DNA of 64,000 bases, taken from assembly GCA_964480955.1 (NCBI GenBank), contig CAYZRW010000011.1, positions 1,653 to 65,652 of the forward strand, given 5' to 3'. How positions within the stretch are numbered: the first letter of the stretch is position 1; every line of letters begins with the position of its first letter. A program made the translations under genes and the position numbers. The stretch comes from an uncultured Candidatus Bathyarchaeia archaeon (lineage in GTDB: Archaea; Thermoproteota; Bathyarchaeia; 40CM-2-53-6; RBG-13-38-9). The notes under the pieces were generated by a model. It did no database searches and was not told the DNA's origin. It worked only from the letters and a program-made list of their open reading frames with translations. Shown in pieces: positions 48,051 through 57,579 of this stretch.

Positions 48051-48214
48051 GGTTCTGTCCAATCTGGGTTCGGTAAATTTGAGTCATGAATCACGAACAT
48101 TTCTTAGTTTGGGGTCAAATGAAGGCAGTCAGGGCAGTCAGATTTCAGCATACGCCAACAGAGAAATTGCTGAATCTACTCGAAACCTTCAGATACATGG
48201 TTAATGACGCTTTG
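48051..48214 (+). mobile_element. Truncated second tnpB/TIR element (left end + 5' tnpB remnant)
   Basis: TIR GGTTCTGTCCAATCTGGGTTCGGTAA (48051-48076); ATG 48119 MKAVRAVRFQHTPTEKLLNLLETFRYMVNDAL aligns with MPVKALRFQYTPTDELLSLLNTFRCMVNEAL; TIR-to-ATG distance 68 vs 69 nt. Confidence 0.85.
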
Positions 48215-48406
48215 CAAGATCGGGATCTTCAGCTCCTTGTCATCAGCTGAGAACTCAGTCGGAAAATCCTGACTACTCAAAGCCAGATTAGAGTAATCAC
48301 TTCCGCTGCTCTGCGCCAAGACATCCGATACGGCCAAGAATGAATCGAGTACTAAGGTTGTCACTAGTATAGTGCAGATAAGTCCTGTTTCCTTAAGGGT
48401 CACCAC
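48215..48406 (-). pseudogene. N-terminal fragment of a secreted protein, truncated at the tnpB remnant
   Basis: Signal peptide MVTLKETGLICTILVTTLVLDSFLAVSDVLAQ then about 30 aa before running into element DNA. Confidence 0.5.
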
Positions 48407-48577
48407 GAAAGTAACCCTTTACAACTGTCTGATTGGCTGGCGATATGAATCTACGCACTCACGTTTCTATGTTTCCTCGGCTAACATTGCTGTTTCATTC
48501 TACTCAAGTCTCGGTTCATAGTCTTGCGTTTTGGATTAGTCTTATAACTGGTGAGGGGGATAAACTAGCGGTTGTAG

Positions 48578-49153
48578 GTGAAGTCCACGTCTCAGCAAGA
48601 GTATAAGGGAATAGGAACAAGATTTGGCGCACAACTCATCGATTGGATAGTCTTACTCATAATATACTTCATCATTGGCTATGCGATGTTCGGTAAGACG
48701 AGTTGGGAGGTCTCTGGGGAGGCTGCAGTTCCTGTAATAGCGGTTAGCCTATTGGTCTTCCTGCTCTACTTCTCGCTACTGGAAGGCACTGTTGGCGCGA
48801 CCGTGGGAAAGATGGTTTGCAAGATCAAGGTTGTGAGTGGGGACGGTAGCCCCTGCGGACTGGGTGCTGCTTTCGTCAGGAACATACTAAGAGTCATAGA
48901 TGCCCTACCCTTCCTGTACCTGATAGGGATCATTCTGATATCTCGCTCACCTAAGAAACAGAGACTGGGAGACAGGGTTGCAAATACAGTCGTTGTGGGT
49001 GCAGCCACAGTTGCCGTGCCCCCTGCTTACCCTCCACCACCGCCGGCACCACCTCAACCGGTGACTGAAGGACAAACAAGGTACTGTCCACGTTGCGGCG
49101 CGAGGGCTCCGGCGGATGCGGCTTTCTGTGGGGTCTGCGGCGCAGCATTATGA
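48578..49153 (+). CDS. RDD-family membrane protein with Pro-rich linker and double Zn-ribbon
   Basis: RFGAQLIDW, GATVGK...KIKVV, RNILRVID, KKQRLGDRVANTVVV; CPRCG...FCGVCGA. Confidence 0.9.
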   Translation: MKSTSQQEYKGIGTRFGAQLIDWIVLLIIYFIIGYAMFGKTSWEVSGEAAVPVIAVSLLVFLLYFSLLEGTVGATVGKMVCKIKVVSGDGSPCGLGAAFVRNILRVIDALPFLYLIGIILISRSPKKQRLGDRVANTVVVGAATVAVPPAYPPPPPAPPQPVTEGQTRYCPRCGARAPADAAFCGVCGAAL

Positions 49154-49275
49154 AGCGGACAGACCTGCTCTTGTTCTGACTTCCCTTCTCATTCTTTACA
49201 GCAGATGTTCTTGCGTCAGCGTCCGCTTGGCTGGCTAGGCGGACGATGATCATGTAGGGGCTTCTACTGACTCTG

Positions 49276-49647
49276 CTACCTTAGCCTGCTTCCACAACTT
49301 CGGCAGAATACGCTTGTTGGCGTGGCGGGAGCTCCACAGTTCGGACAGAAGCCGGCTGCGGGATACGGAGCTGCCTGAGGTGGTGGAGGAGGGGGCTGTG
49401 GCTTTGGCGCCGCCGCTTTTCTTCTTCGCCTGCTTATCACCGCGGCTACTGCCACAAGCAACACGAGTACAGTGATTATGATGCCGATCGTCTGCAGACT
49501 GAAGGCTGTTCTCTCAGATACAATTATGTTAGCTGTGACCTTGTAGGATAGCTGGCCGGTGGCATCGGGATCAATGCTTATTGGGGGACTCGACTCGACC
49601 AGGTGCTCCTCCATAATCTCTTGAGCTGCGCTCTTTCTCATCATCAA
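49276..49647 (-). CDS. Membrane protein (probably C-terminal remnant) with TM, Pro-rich linker and double Zn-ribbon
   Basis: TM + RRRRK + PPPPPP + CPNCG...FCRSCGSRL. Confidence 0.55.
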   Translation of the reverse strand: MMMRKSAAQEIMEEHLVESSPPISIDPDATGQLSYKVTANIIVSERTAFSLQTIGIIITVLVLLVAVAAVISRRRRKAAAPKPQPPPPPPQAAPYPAAGFCPNCGAPATPTSVFCRSCGSRLR

Positions 49648-49762
49648 TAAACCTCACTATAGTCAAACTTCTAGATTTCGAATTTGGATTGGTTGAATGG
49701 CGACGTGAAGAGTGATTATGAACTTGCCAAGACGCTAAGATGACTGTGAACCATTAATAATC

Positions 49763-50395
49763 CTATTTTCTCCCGGCTAGGACATCGTCAACCGAGGGGA
49801 AAGGCGGGTTAGGTCCTGTGGATGTGATCCTGCCTGTTGGACATACAACATAACAGTAGTTGCATACCGAGCATATCGCCGACTTTTCTGGGAAGATCGC
49901 GATCTGCCTTGTGACTCCTCTTCCCACAAATCCGATGGCGCTGTCCCAGATAGCTTCAACACAGCGGCGCACGCACAGTCCGCAGAGTATGCATTTTGTC
50001 GACTCAATCTGTACCTTTGAACGGAATCGAGAGATGTCAGCGTTGTATTCATCGGCCAATTCACGCATCTTGCCGGCGATATCTTCTCCAACAGTTACGG
50101 CGGCCAACTCTATTATGGTCTTTCTTATCTTATCGATCTTGGGGGATCTCGTCCTGACTTTCAGGCCTTCTTCGACTGGGTAACAGCAGGCGGCTACTAT
50201 GCGGGATCCTCCTCTTCTCTCGACCTCTACACTGCAAATTCGGCAGGCACCATAAGGCTCCAATTCCTCATAATGGCAGAGTGTCGGTATCTCAACACCC
50301 AACTTCTTCGCGGCCTCCAAAATCGTCATACCCTCAGTCGCCTCAACCTCTTTATCATCGATCCTTAAGGTAATGGTCTTCACCATTCTAACCAC
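49763..50395 (-). CDS. Truncated HydA/NuoG-like Fe-S subunit ([2Fe-2S] + 2x[4Fe-4S], no catalytic domain)
   Basis: IPTLCH...GACRICSVEV...AAC; CILCGLCVRRC; CSVCNYCYVVCPTG; ends at 210 aa. Confidence 0.85.
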   Translation of the reverse strand: MVRMVKTITLRIDDKEVEATEGMTILEAAKKLGVEIPTLCHYEELEPYGACRICSVEVERRGGSRIVAACCYPVEEGLKVRTRSPKIDKIRKTIIELAAVTVGEDIAGKMRELADEYNADISRFRSKVQIESTKCILCGLCVRRCVEAIWDSAIGFVGRGVTRQIAIFPEKSAICSVCNYCYVVCPTGRITSTGPNPPFPSVDDVLAGRK

Positions 50396-52325
50396 CTCTC
50401 TTTCGAATCGGTCTCATGCCTTTCGGTGGAGGTGAAGGGACCGGTTCTCCCGAAAGCTTCTTCACCGAATCGAAACTGCAGACCTCATAGCACACACCGC
50501 ATTTTGTGCATCTTTCTTGGTCGATCCAGTGGACCTTGTCCTTTTCGCCTTGAATGGCTTCTGCGGGGCATTCTCTTAGACAGATGAGGCAGGCTTGACA
50601 TTTCTTTGGGTCAATGCAATATTTCGTCAGAGCCTTACAGGCTTTGGCTGGGCAACGTTTCTCCTTCAGATGTTGTTCCCACTCATCTCTGAAGTACTTC
50701 AGGGATGTGAGAACTGGATTTGCAGCGTTTGTACCCAGAGCGCAGAGGGAAGCATCCCGCATCGTTTCAGCCACATCCTCAATAATCTGCATATCTTCTC
50801 TCGTGCCTTCTCCCTCACAGATGGTGTTTAGGGTCTTAGAGAGGACCCTCAATCCCTCACGGCAGGGAATACACTTCCCACACGATTCGTCAAGGAGGAA
50901 ATCCACAAAATATCCAGCCGCATCTACCATGCAGGTGTCTTCGTCCATAACCACCGCCCCACCCATCATTGAGCCGACATTGGCTACTTCGTCAAAGTCT
51001 ACTTGAAGGTCAAGATACTGCTCAGGGATGAATCCTCCAGAGGGGCCGCCTATCTGCACTGCCTTGAATCTCTTTCCGCCTCTGATTCCTCCACCCACCT
51101 TGTAGATTACGTCTCGAAGGGTTGTCCCCATCGGCACCTCCACTAAACCTGTGTTGTTTATCTTCCCTGCAAGTGAGAAGATCGCGGTTCCGCTGCTGCA
51201 CTTGGTTCCAATGCTCCTAAACCAGTCTGAACCTTTGAGAATTATGAGGGGGACGTTGGCCCATGTCTTTACGTTATTGAGGCAGCTTGGTCTACCTCGG
51301 ATGCCCTTGACTGCTGTGTGAATATATTTTGGCCTGGGTTCACCAATATTTCCCTCGATGGCTGTCATGAGGGCGCTGGACTCTCCGGAGACGAAGGCTC
51401 CGGCACCCTTGTGAACAGTGACCTTGAAGCTGAATCCTGACCTCAGAATGTTCTCGCCGAGCAACCCATACTCTTCGGCCTGCCTTATTGCTTTGGAAAT
51501 GTTTTCCACGGCTAGGCCGTACTCGTCTTTGACGTAGATGTAGCCTTCATGTGATCCGATCGCGTAGCCGCCTATGATGAGTCCTTCAAGGATACTGTGG
51601 GGGTTGGCCTCCATAAGCGACCTGTCCATGAAAGATCCGGGGTCACCCTCAGAACAGTTGGCTATGACGTACTTCGGTTCTTCTGTGGCTTTCCGGCTGG
51701 TCTCCCATTTCAGCCATGTTGGAAATCCACCTCCACCCCTACCCCGCAGGTTTGCGTCCTTAACCTCATCAATAACCTGTTGAGGCGTCATCTTGAATAG
51801 GGCCTTTACGAGGCCATCGTATCCATCCAGGGCGATGTAGTCTTCGATCTTCTTTGGGTCTATCTTCGAGTTACATTCAAGGAGTGTTCTGAGCTGGTAT
51901 TTGTAGAAGGGTATCTCCTTAAGCCTCTGGGCCCTTCTACCGGTGACCGGGTCCTTATAGAGTAGTCTCTTCACAACCTGTTTTTTATCGATACTTTTAG
52001 AGAGTATTTCCGGGACATCGTCAGGTCTGACTTTGAAGTAGCAGATCTCGTCAGGATAGATAGTCACTATTGGGGCCTGCTCACAGAAGCCTAGACACCC
52101 TGTCTGCTTGATCTCCACCTTATCCTTCTGTCCCTGCTTCTCCAGCTCGGCCTTAAAAGCATCTAGAACCCGAGAAGCCCCGAGCGCTACGCAACCCGCG
52201 CTGGCACAGACTGAGATCATGGGTTTGCCGGTCTTTCTCTTGGCTCTGATTCTTTGACGAAGGTTTTCAATTTCTTTGGGTGAACTCAGGGGCTTGACGG
52301 CTTCCAAGACAAGTCCCCTACTCAT
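50388..52325 (-). CDS. HydB/NuoF-like flavoprotein of the bifurcating (Bfu) type
   Basis: N-terminal [2Fe-2S] thioredoxin domain, LRGRGGGGFP, EGDPGSFMDR, SCGKCIPCREG...CALG, HLKEKRCPAKAC, C-terminal 2x[4Fe-4S]. Confidence 0.9.
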   Translation of the reverse strand: MSRGLVLEAVKPLSSPKEIENLRQRIRAKRKTGKPMISVCASAGCVALGASRVLDAFKAELEKQGQKDKVEIKQTGCLGFCEQAPIVTIYPDEICYFKVRPDDVPEILSKSIDKKQVVKRLLYKDPVTGRRAQRLKEIPFYKYQLRTLLECNSKIDPKKIEDYIALDGYDGLVKALFKMTPQQVIDEVKDANLRGRGGGGFPTWLKWETSRKATEEPKYVIANCSEGDPGSFMDRSLMEANPHSILEGLIIGGYAIGSHEGYIYVKDEYGLAVENISKAIRQAEEYGLLGENILRSGFSFKVTVHKGAGAFVSGESSALMTAIEGNIGEPRPKYIHTAVKGIRGRPSCLNNVKTWANVPLIILKGSDWFRSIGTKCSSGTAIFSLAGKINNTGLVEVPMGTTLRDVIYKVGGGIRGGKRFKAVQIGGPSGGFIPEQYLDLQVDFDEVANVGSMMGGAVVMDEDTCMVDAAGYFVDFLLDESCGKCIPCREGLRVLSKTLNTICEGEGTREDMQIIEDVAETMRDASLCALGTNAANPVLTSLKYFRDEWEQHLKEKRCPAKACKALTKYCIDPKKCQACLICLRECPAEAIQGEKDKVHWIDQERCTKCGVCYEVCSFDSVKKLSGEPVPSPPPKGMRPIRKRGG

Positions 52326-52965
52326 ACTTGGACAGAATTCTCTCCACGTCCGGTAGCCTCAGGTTCCCATAATGTTCGTCGTCAACGGTCATGACGGGAC
52401 CTAGAGCGCAGCAACCTGCACACTTGGTCGTCTCAAGGCTGAATCTACCGTCTGGGGTGCTTTGGTCCTTCTCTATCTTGAGAGTCCTCTGGATCTTATC
52501 GAGAACCATCGGTGCGCCTCTGACTTTGCATGAGGTTCCCATACAGACTCTGATTAGGTGTCTACCTCTGGGAGCTAGAGGAAAAGCCTTGTAGAAGGTT
52601 GCGATCTGGTAGACTTGGCTGAGTGGAACCCTCAGCTGTTTGCTTACTTCTGACACCATTTCCCTCGGGAGCCAGCCGAAACTTCTCTGTAGTCTTAGAA
52701 GGGTCTGAATTAGCATGTTCTTGCCGTATCCGAATTCTTCTATCACCCTGTTTACTGTTCCAGCGACCCCAAGCAATTTTGTGGGCTGTTTCTCCGTCAG
52801 GAGATTCCTTCTTAGCTCCAGACTCAACTTTCTCCGACCTACCTCGCGGGCTTTGTCTTCAGGAAGCTTGACCTTGTATCGACAACGGGGGCAGGTAGCG
52901 TAATACTCGTTGTCACCTCGATAATCCCACCTGTATCCGCAGTGTTGGCACTTCAACTCGACCAT
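52318..52965 (-). CDS. HydC/NuoE-like [2Fe-2S] subunit with N-terminal Zn-ribbon
   Basis: CQHCG...TCPRC; LIQTLLRLQRSFGWLP, ATFYKAF, VCMGTSC, CAGCCALGP. Confidence 0.88.
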   Translation of the reverse strand: MVELKCQHCGYRWDYRGDNEYYATCPRCRYKVKLPEDKAREVGRRKLSLELRRNLLTEKQPTKLLGVAGTVNRVIEEFGYGKNMLIQTLLRLQRSFGWLPREMVSEVSKQLRVPLSQVYQIATFYKAFPLAPRGRHLIRVCMGTSCKVRGAPMVLDKIQRTLKIEKDQSTPDGRFSLETTKCAGCCALGPVMTVDDEHYGNLRLPDVERILSKYE

Positions 52966-52966
52966 A

Positions 52967-52986
52967 CTACCTACCTACCTACCTAC
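52967..52986 (-). repeat. (GTAG)5 tandem repeat immediately before the hydC-like start codon
   Basis: + strand (CTAC)5 at 52967-52986; ATG at 52965. Confidence 0.85.
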
Positions 52987-53180
52987 TAACTTTTGACTGC
53001 ATATTTGAAGCCTTCGTACATGCTATCTTCTGCTATAGCACAACATTACGGTATACTCTCAGGCTGTGGGTACGGAGCCAGTTGCGTCTGCAAACTCGAT
53101 AACATGAGCAGCTGCCTTGGAATTCGACATGTTTCATGCTTTTATACGGGAGATTCTCAACCGCTATTGTCGGATAGTAA

Positions 53181-54197
53181 TTGTCGAAGACGGAAGTGGG
53201 TATTGGCATAGTCGGCTTAGGATTCGTCGGCGAGAAGGCTCATCTGCCGGCTTTCCGGTCTATTCCAGGAGCAAGGCTTGCTGCGGTGGCCGACATCGAT
53301 GTGGAACGAACCAGGAGAGCGGCTGAGAAGTTCAAGCTCGAATCTGTCTATTCCAGCCATAAAGATCTCTTAAGGGATCCTAATGTGGACGCTGTTGTCG
53401 TATCGGTTCCTACGTTTCTTCACCGCGAGATCGCGTTGGATGCGGTGAGGGCAGGTCGGCACGTTCTGTGCGAGATGCCCCTAGCCCCAACCTTGAGGGA
53501 GGCTCAAGAAATGGTTGACGAGGCTAAGAGGGCCCGTGTAATTCTTATGCCAAGCCTGAACTTCAGGTTTACACCGAACTATCTCAAAGCGAAGGAGCTG
53601 ATCGAGAAAGGCTCGATCGGTACTCCGGCAGCAGCGTTCTATAGAGAGTTCATAGCCGCCGAGGTCTTGGCGCAACAATGGCCTCCCAACTCTTGGGCTT
53701 GGGATGAGAAGAAGAGTGGAGGAGGACCCGCGTTCACATTATCGATCTGGTCGATAGATCTCTTACGGTGGCTTCTTCAAGCTGATATAGTGAATGTTCA
53801 CTCCGCCTCAAGAGATGTTCTCCTACAAGAGCTGGGCGGGACCAAAGGATACAACTCTTTGACAGTCCTTGAATTCTCAAGCGGAGCAGTCGCAACATTG
53901 CAGTTCAGTGGACTCGTCAGACCTGCAATGAGTACAAGTAGGCTGGAGGTCTTGGGAGGCAATATGAACAGCATTGTGGCAACAGGAAACGACATTCTAA
54001 CTCTCTACAGCACCAACCCGGACAAACAGGAGTGGATCTTCAAGGAGAAAGGACCTAGAGTCTGGGGGCACTATCAGGAAGACGAACACTTTGTAATGTC
54101 GATTCTACAATATAAGGAACCCAACATCACAGGAGAGGACGCGTTAAGAGCTCAAGAGACAGCCACAAACATCCTGAAAGGAAAACGGAATATTTGA
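53181..54197 (+). CDS. Gfo/Idh/MocA-family NAD(P)-dependent oxidoreductase
   Basis: GIVGLGFVG, HVLCEMP, NFRF, C-terminal GEDAL. Confidence 0.9.
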   Translation: MSKTEVGIGIVGLGFVGEKAHLPAFRSIPGARLAAVADIDVERTRRAAEKFKLESVYSSHKDLLRDPNVDAVVVSVPTFLHREIALDAVRAGRHVLCEMPLAPTLREAQEMVDEAKRARVILMPSLNFRFTPNYLKAKELIEKGSIGTPAAAFYREFIAAEVLAQQWPPNSWAWDEKKSGGGPAFTLSIWSIDLLRWLLQADIVNVHSASRDVLLQELGGTKGYNSLTVLEFSSGAVATLQFSGLVRPAMSTSRLEVLGGNMNSIVATGNDILTLYSTNPDKQEWIFKEKGPRVWGHYQEDEHFVMSILQYKEPNITGEDALRAQETATNILKGKRNI

Positions 54198-54467
54198 GTC
54201 CTCCACAGAAAGATTCAGATCTTCGGACTAACTCTCGATGCAATTTAGAGATGAGTGGAGTCGTTGGGAGATCTCTCCGCAATTCAGTAGGTCGGCTGCC
54301 CTTCCTTGAGCAGCAGCATGAACTGAAAGATTTCGATAAGATCCTTGAAGAATTCAAGGTCTAGGTATGCCTCAGCGCGAATGCTTGCGAACATAGAAAC
54401 CACTGCGGAAAATGAATACAGATATGCAGAGTAACAGAGAACCGCAGAAAGCTAGTAGTCTTCACAA

Positions 54468-56060
54468 ATGATTTTAGGAAAAGAACTATCTGAAGGCAAC
54501 TACGAAGTTGGAAGCATGAATGAATTGAATGATACCAGCCTCTTAACGAGCAAACATCCATACTTGACCCTATTTTCTCTTGGCATGTTTATTCGTGGGA
54601 TTCCAGAGGTAATTGTAGAAAAGTATCCTGTGGGATACGATACGACTGCACACTATCTCTTCAACATCCTTAACTACGACAAGATGGGCGTGGTAGAGAT
54701 GCTCAGACAGGCGCCTTTATTCTACTTGATATCGTATGCCTCGATTCAGTTGCCGGGAGTCGATGTCCTCTCATATCTCAAGGCGGCAGGGCCTCTTCTA
54801 TATGGAGCGTTATGTGCATCCTTCTACTTCTTCTTGAGAAAAGGACTGGGATGGAAGGAGAAGAACGCCTTCGTTAGTACTTTACTTTTCACGCTTCAGC
54901 TCGTAGCTCTAAGGTTATCGTGGGATATGTTCAGACTTGAGTTAGGCTTGGCACTTATGTTCCTCACACTGGGTCTGATAGTCAAACGATTCTCAGGAAG
55001 CAGTTATTTGGTTGCCTCTCTTGCTGTTCTTGTGGTGTTGGCGCATCAAATCGCCACCTTGATGCTGTTCTTTTCCGCAATCTGGATTATCTCACGTGAG
55101 ATTAGGTCGAGAGCAAGGATTCTCCCTATCCTGATTCCACTTCTCCCTGCTGGTATTCTCTTCACAACAGTTCTATACATAACTTACTTAGTTCCAGCGG
55201 CTCAAGACCCAAGGATCTTAAACGTAGGTCCGACCGGATATTTTCTCAGCTACTTTGCAATAGATCCTAGACTCTCAGAAGGGTCATACTTTGTAGTGGC
55301 CAGAAACATTGGGATGCTAATGATATTTTGCTATGGTCTGATTTTCCCCTTCATAATCAAAGGTTTCAAAAGAAATGAAATATTGGATCCTATGCTAGTC
55401 ATCGTTTCAATAGGTTCTTTCAGTCCACTAATAGTACCTTTCATATCTCTGCCTGCAGTATACTGGCGCTGGATATTTCTCCTGATAATACCGTTCGCTG
55501 CGTATGCCGGTTGCGGTCTACTAAAGCTCAGTAGGCTTTGGCGAAGGCGAGCAACTGGCATGTGGCTTCTATTCCTGTTCTTCACTAGCTTGTCGCTTGG
55601 ATATGCCAGTGGTGCTCTCCCCCTCCGCAGCATGTACTTCAGCCTGACAGGAAAGACGCCACATGCTCCGAGCCCCGGCGAGACTAGTATCGGCGCGATA
55701 GAGTCTGTAAATACCTACGTCCCCGCAAGCCTAGTAGCTTCATCGACGAGCGTCGGCGACGTCACCGCCGTTATAGATGATTGCATAGAGTCTCTAGATT
55801 GGCTGGACCGGAATGCCCCAGAAAATTCATGTCTGCTAACCGAGGAGAGATTCACATCTTGGGCTAGGCTTCATACATCTGAGAGGATTAAGCTGGCAAT
55901 CTACTCGGGGCTGACCCCAGTAGACAATATCCTCGAAAGAATACGAACCCAAGAATTCTCACATATATACTTCATATGGTACTCCGATGTTCCAATAGAG
56001 AACTTCGAAGAAGTCCGTAGACATGGCGGGATAAGCATCTACGAGTATGCAAGTACGTAG
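54468..56060 (+). CDS. Polytopic membrane protein, possible GT-C-fold glycosyltransferase
   Basis: YPVGYDT..HY after first TM, about 11-13 TM helices, soluble C-terminal domain; adjacent to nucleotide-sugar genes. Start may be ATG 54516. Confidence 0.5.
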   Translation: MILGKELSEGNYEVGSMNELNDTSLLTSKHPYLTLFSLGMFIRGIPEVIVEKYPVGYDTTAHYLFNILNYDKMGVVEMLRQAPLFYLISYASIQLPGVDVLSYLKAAGPLLYGALCASFYFFLRKGLGWKEKNAFVSTLLFTLQLVALRLSWDMFRLELGLALMFLTLGLIVKRFSGSSYLVASLAVLVVLAHQIATLMLFFSAIWIISREIRSRARILPILIPLLPAGILFTTVLYITYLVPAAQDPRILNVGPTGYFLSYFAIDPRLSEGSYFVVARNIGMLMIFCYGLIFPFIIKGFKRNEILDPMLVIVSIGSFSPLIVPFISLPAVYWRWIFLLIIPFAAYAGCGLLKLSRLWRRRATGMWLLFLFFTSLSLGYASGALPLRSMYFSLTGKTPHAPSPGETSIGAIESVNTYVPASLVASSTSVGDVTAVIDDCIESLDWLDRNAPENSCLLTEERFTSWARLHTSERIKLAIYSGLTPVDNILERIRTQEFSHIYFIWYSDVPIENFEEVRRHGGISIYEYAST

Positions 56061-56238
56061 AGGCTTTGTTGGGCTGAGGTCTGCTTTCAAAATGTATGAC
56101 ACTATTGACAATGTTGAGCGTCCTTCAAGAGCATTTGCGAGGAAATTTGGTCTGACCTACCCATTTTGTAAGAATACTCTCAACTAGATCTAGTTTTGAA
56201 CAGGATGCGCTAACGGATCCTTGCTAATGCGTGTCGGC

Positions 56239-57573
56239 TCAGGCCTTCTCTAGGCCGACTGCATAGTACTCCAGCTCGCTTGCATACTCATTGGGGTCAT
56301 AGACCCTTCTTCCATCGATCAATATCGGTCTGCGCATTCTCGCCTTGAAGTCTTCTGGACGTATACTCTTGAACTCATCCCATTCGGTGACGAGTACGCA
56401 ACAATCCACGTCCTTAATGCATTCGTCAGCAGACTTGGCGAAAAGGATCTTTTCTCCGAAAATCTTCTTCGCGTTGTCCATGGCCGCCGGGTCATATGCA
56501 CGAATCTTAGCGCCCTCCTGCAAGAATCTGTCAACGATTTTTACCGACACGGCCTCCCGGATGTCGTCCGTGTTTGGTTTGAACGCCAAGCCAAGGATGG
56601 CTATCTGCTTGTCCTTAAGACCGCCGAGCGCCTTCTTTGCCTTATCAACTGCGAAGATTGGTTGGCGTTCATTGATTCGCAAGGCGGCCTCGATCATAGG
56701 CAAGTCTACAACCAAGTCTCGTGCGAAGGCAAGGATCGCTCTCAAATCTTTGGGAAAGCAACTTCCACCCCACCCCAGTCCCGCCTTTAAGAACAGAGGA
56801 GATACCCTAGGATCCAGACCTATCCCTTCCGCGATGACTTCAACATCTCCCCCACGTATTTTCTCACACAGGTTGGCTATGGAATTCATGAAGCTGATTT
56901 TGGCTGCTAGGAAGGAGTTGTTCGCATACTTGATTAATTCCGCGTTTGCCAGATTTGTTCTGATCAATCTTGGCATCTCAGCCGGGTATAATTGGTGGTA
57001 GAAATCTTCCAGTACGTCCCCTGATTTATCGTCAAATTGACCAATCACTATTCTATCTGGCTTCAGCATGTCTTTCACGGCTGAGCCTTCACTCAGGAAT
57101 TCAGGGTTTGAGCATAAGCCAAAGTCTTTTCCGCAAGACTTTCCAGAGGACTTTTCCAAAATGGGTTTGACTGTCTGTTCACATGTTCCTGGGACGACTG
57201 TTGAACGTATAACCACAAGGTGATACTGTTCGATCCCTCTAAGCACTCTTCCTATCGACTCTGACGAGGACCTTATCTGCTCCAGACCTATTGAACCATC
57301 GGGCTGACTTGGTGTTCCAACCGTGACGAATGTGATGTTGGAGTTTCCCAGAGCGTCTTCTAGGCTTTCCGTTGCTTTGAGTGTTCCGGCCTTCAAGCCC
57401 TTCGTGAGCAACTCTTCTAGGAGTGGCTCATGGATTGGCGATTTTCCAGCGTTTATGACAGCTATCTTCTCGCTGTCTACGTCTACACCTATGACTTCAA
57501 AACCTCGTTCCGGAAGGCAGGCCGCCATAGTCAAGCCTACGTAGCCGAGGCCTAGGACTGTGACTTTATGCAT
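56239..57573 (-). CDS. ugd: UDP-glucose 6-dehydrogenase
   Basis: GLGYVG, VGTP, RSTVVPGT, NPEFL.EG, GWGGSCFPKD, GLAFKPNTDDIRE. Confidence 0.93.
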   Translation of the reverse strand: MHKVTVLGLGYVGLTMAACLPERGFEVIGVDVDSEKIAVINAGKSPIHEPLLEELLTKGLKAGTLKATESLEDALGNSNITFVTVGTPSQPDGSIGLEQIRSSSESIGRVLRGIEQYHLVVIRSTVVPGTCEQTVKPILEKSSGKSCGKDFGLCSNPEFLSEGSAVKDMLKPDRIVIGQFDDKSGDVLEDFYHQLYPAEMPRLIRTNLANAELIKYANNSFLAAKISFMNSIANLCEKIRGGDVEVIAEGIGLDPRVSPLFLKAGLGWGGSCFPKDLRAILAFARDLVVDLPMIEAALRINERQPIFAVDKAKKALGGLKDKQIAILGLAFKPNTDDIREAVSVKIVDRFLQEGAKIRAYDPAAMDNAKKIFGEKILFAKSADECIKDVDCCVLVTEWDEFKSIRPEDFKARMRRPILIDGRRVYDPNEYASELEYYAVGLEKA

Positions 57574-57579
57574 TCTTCT

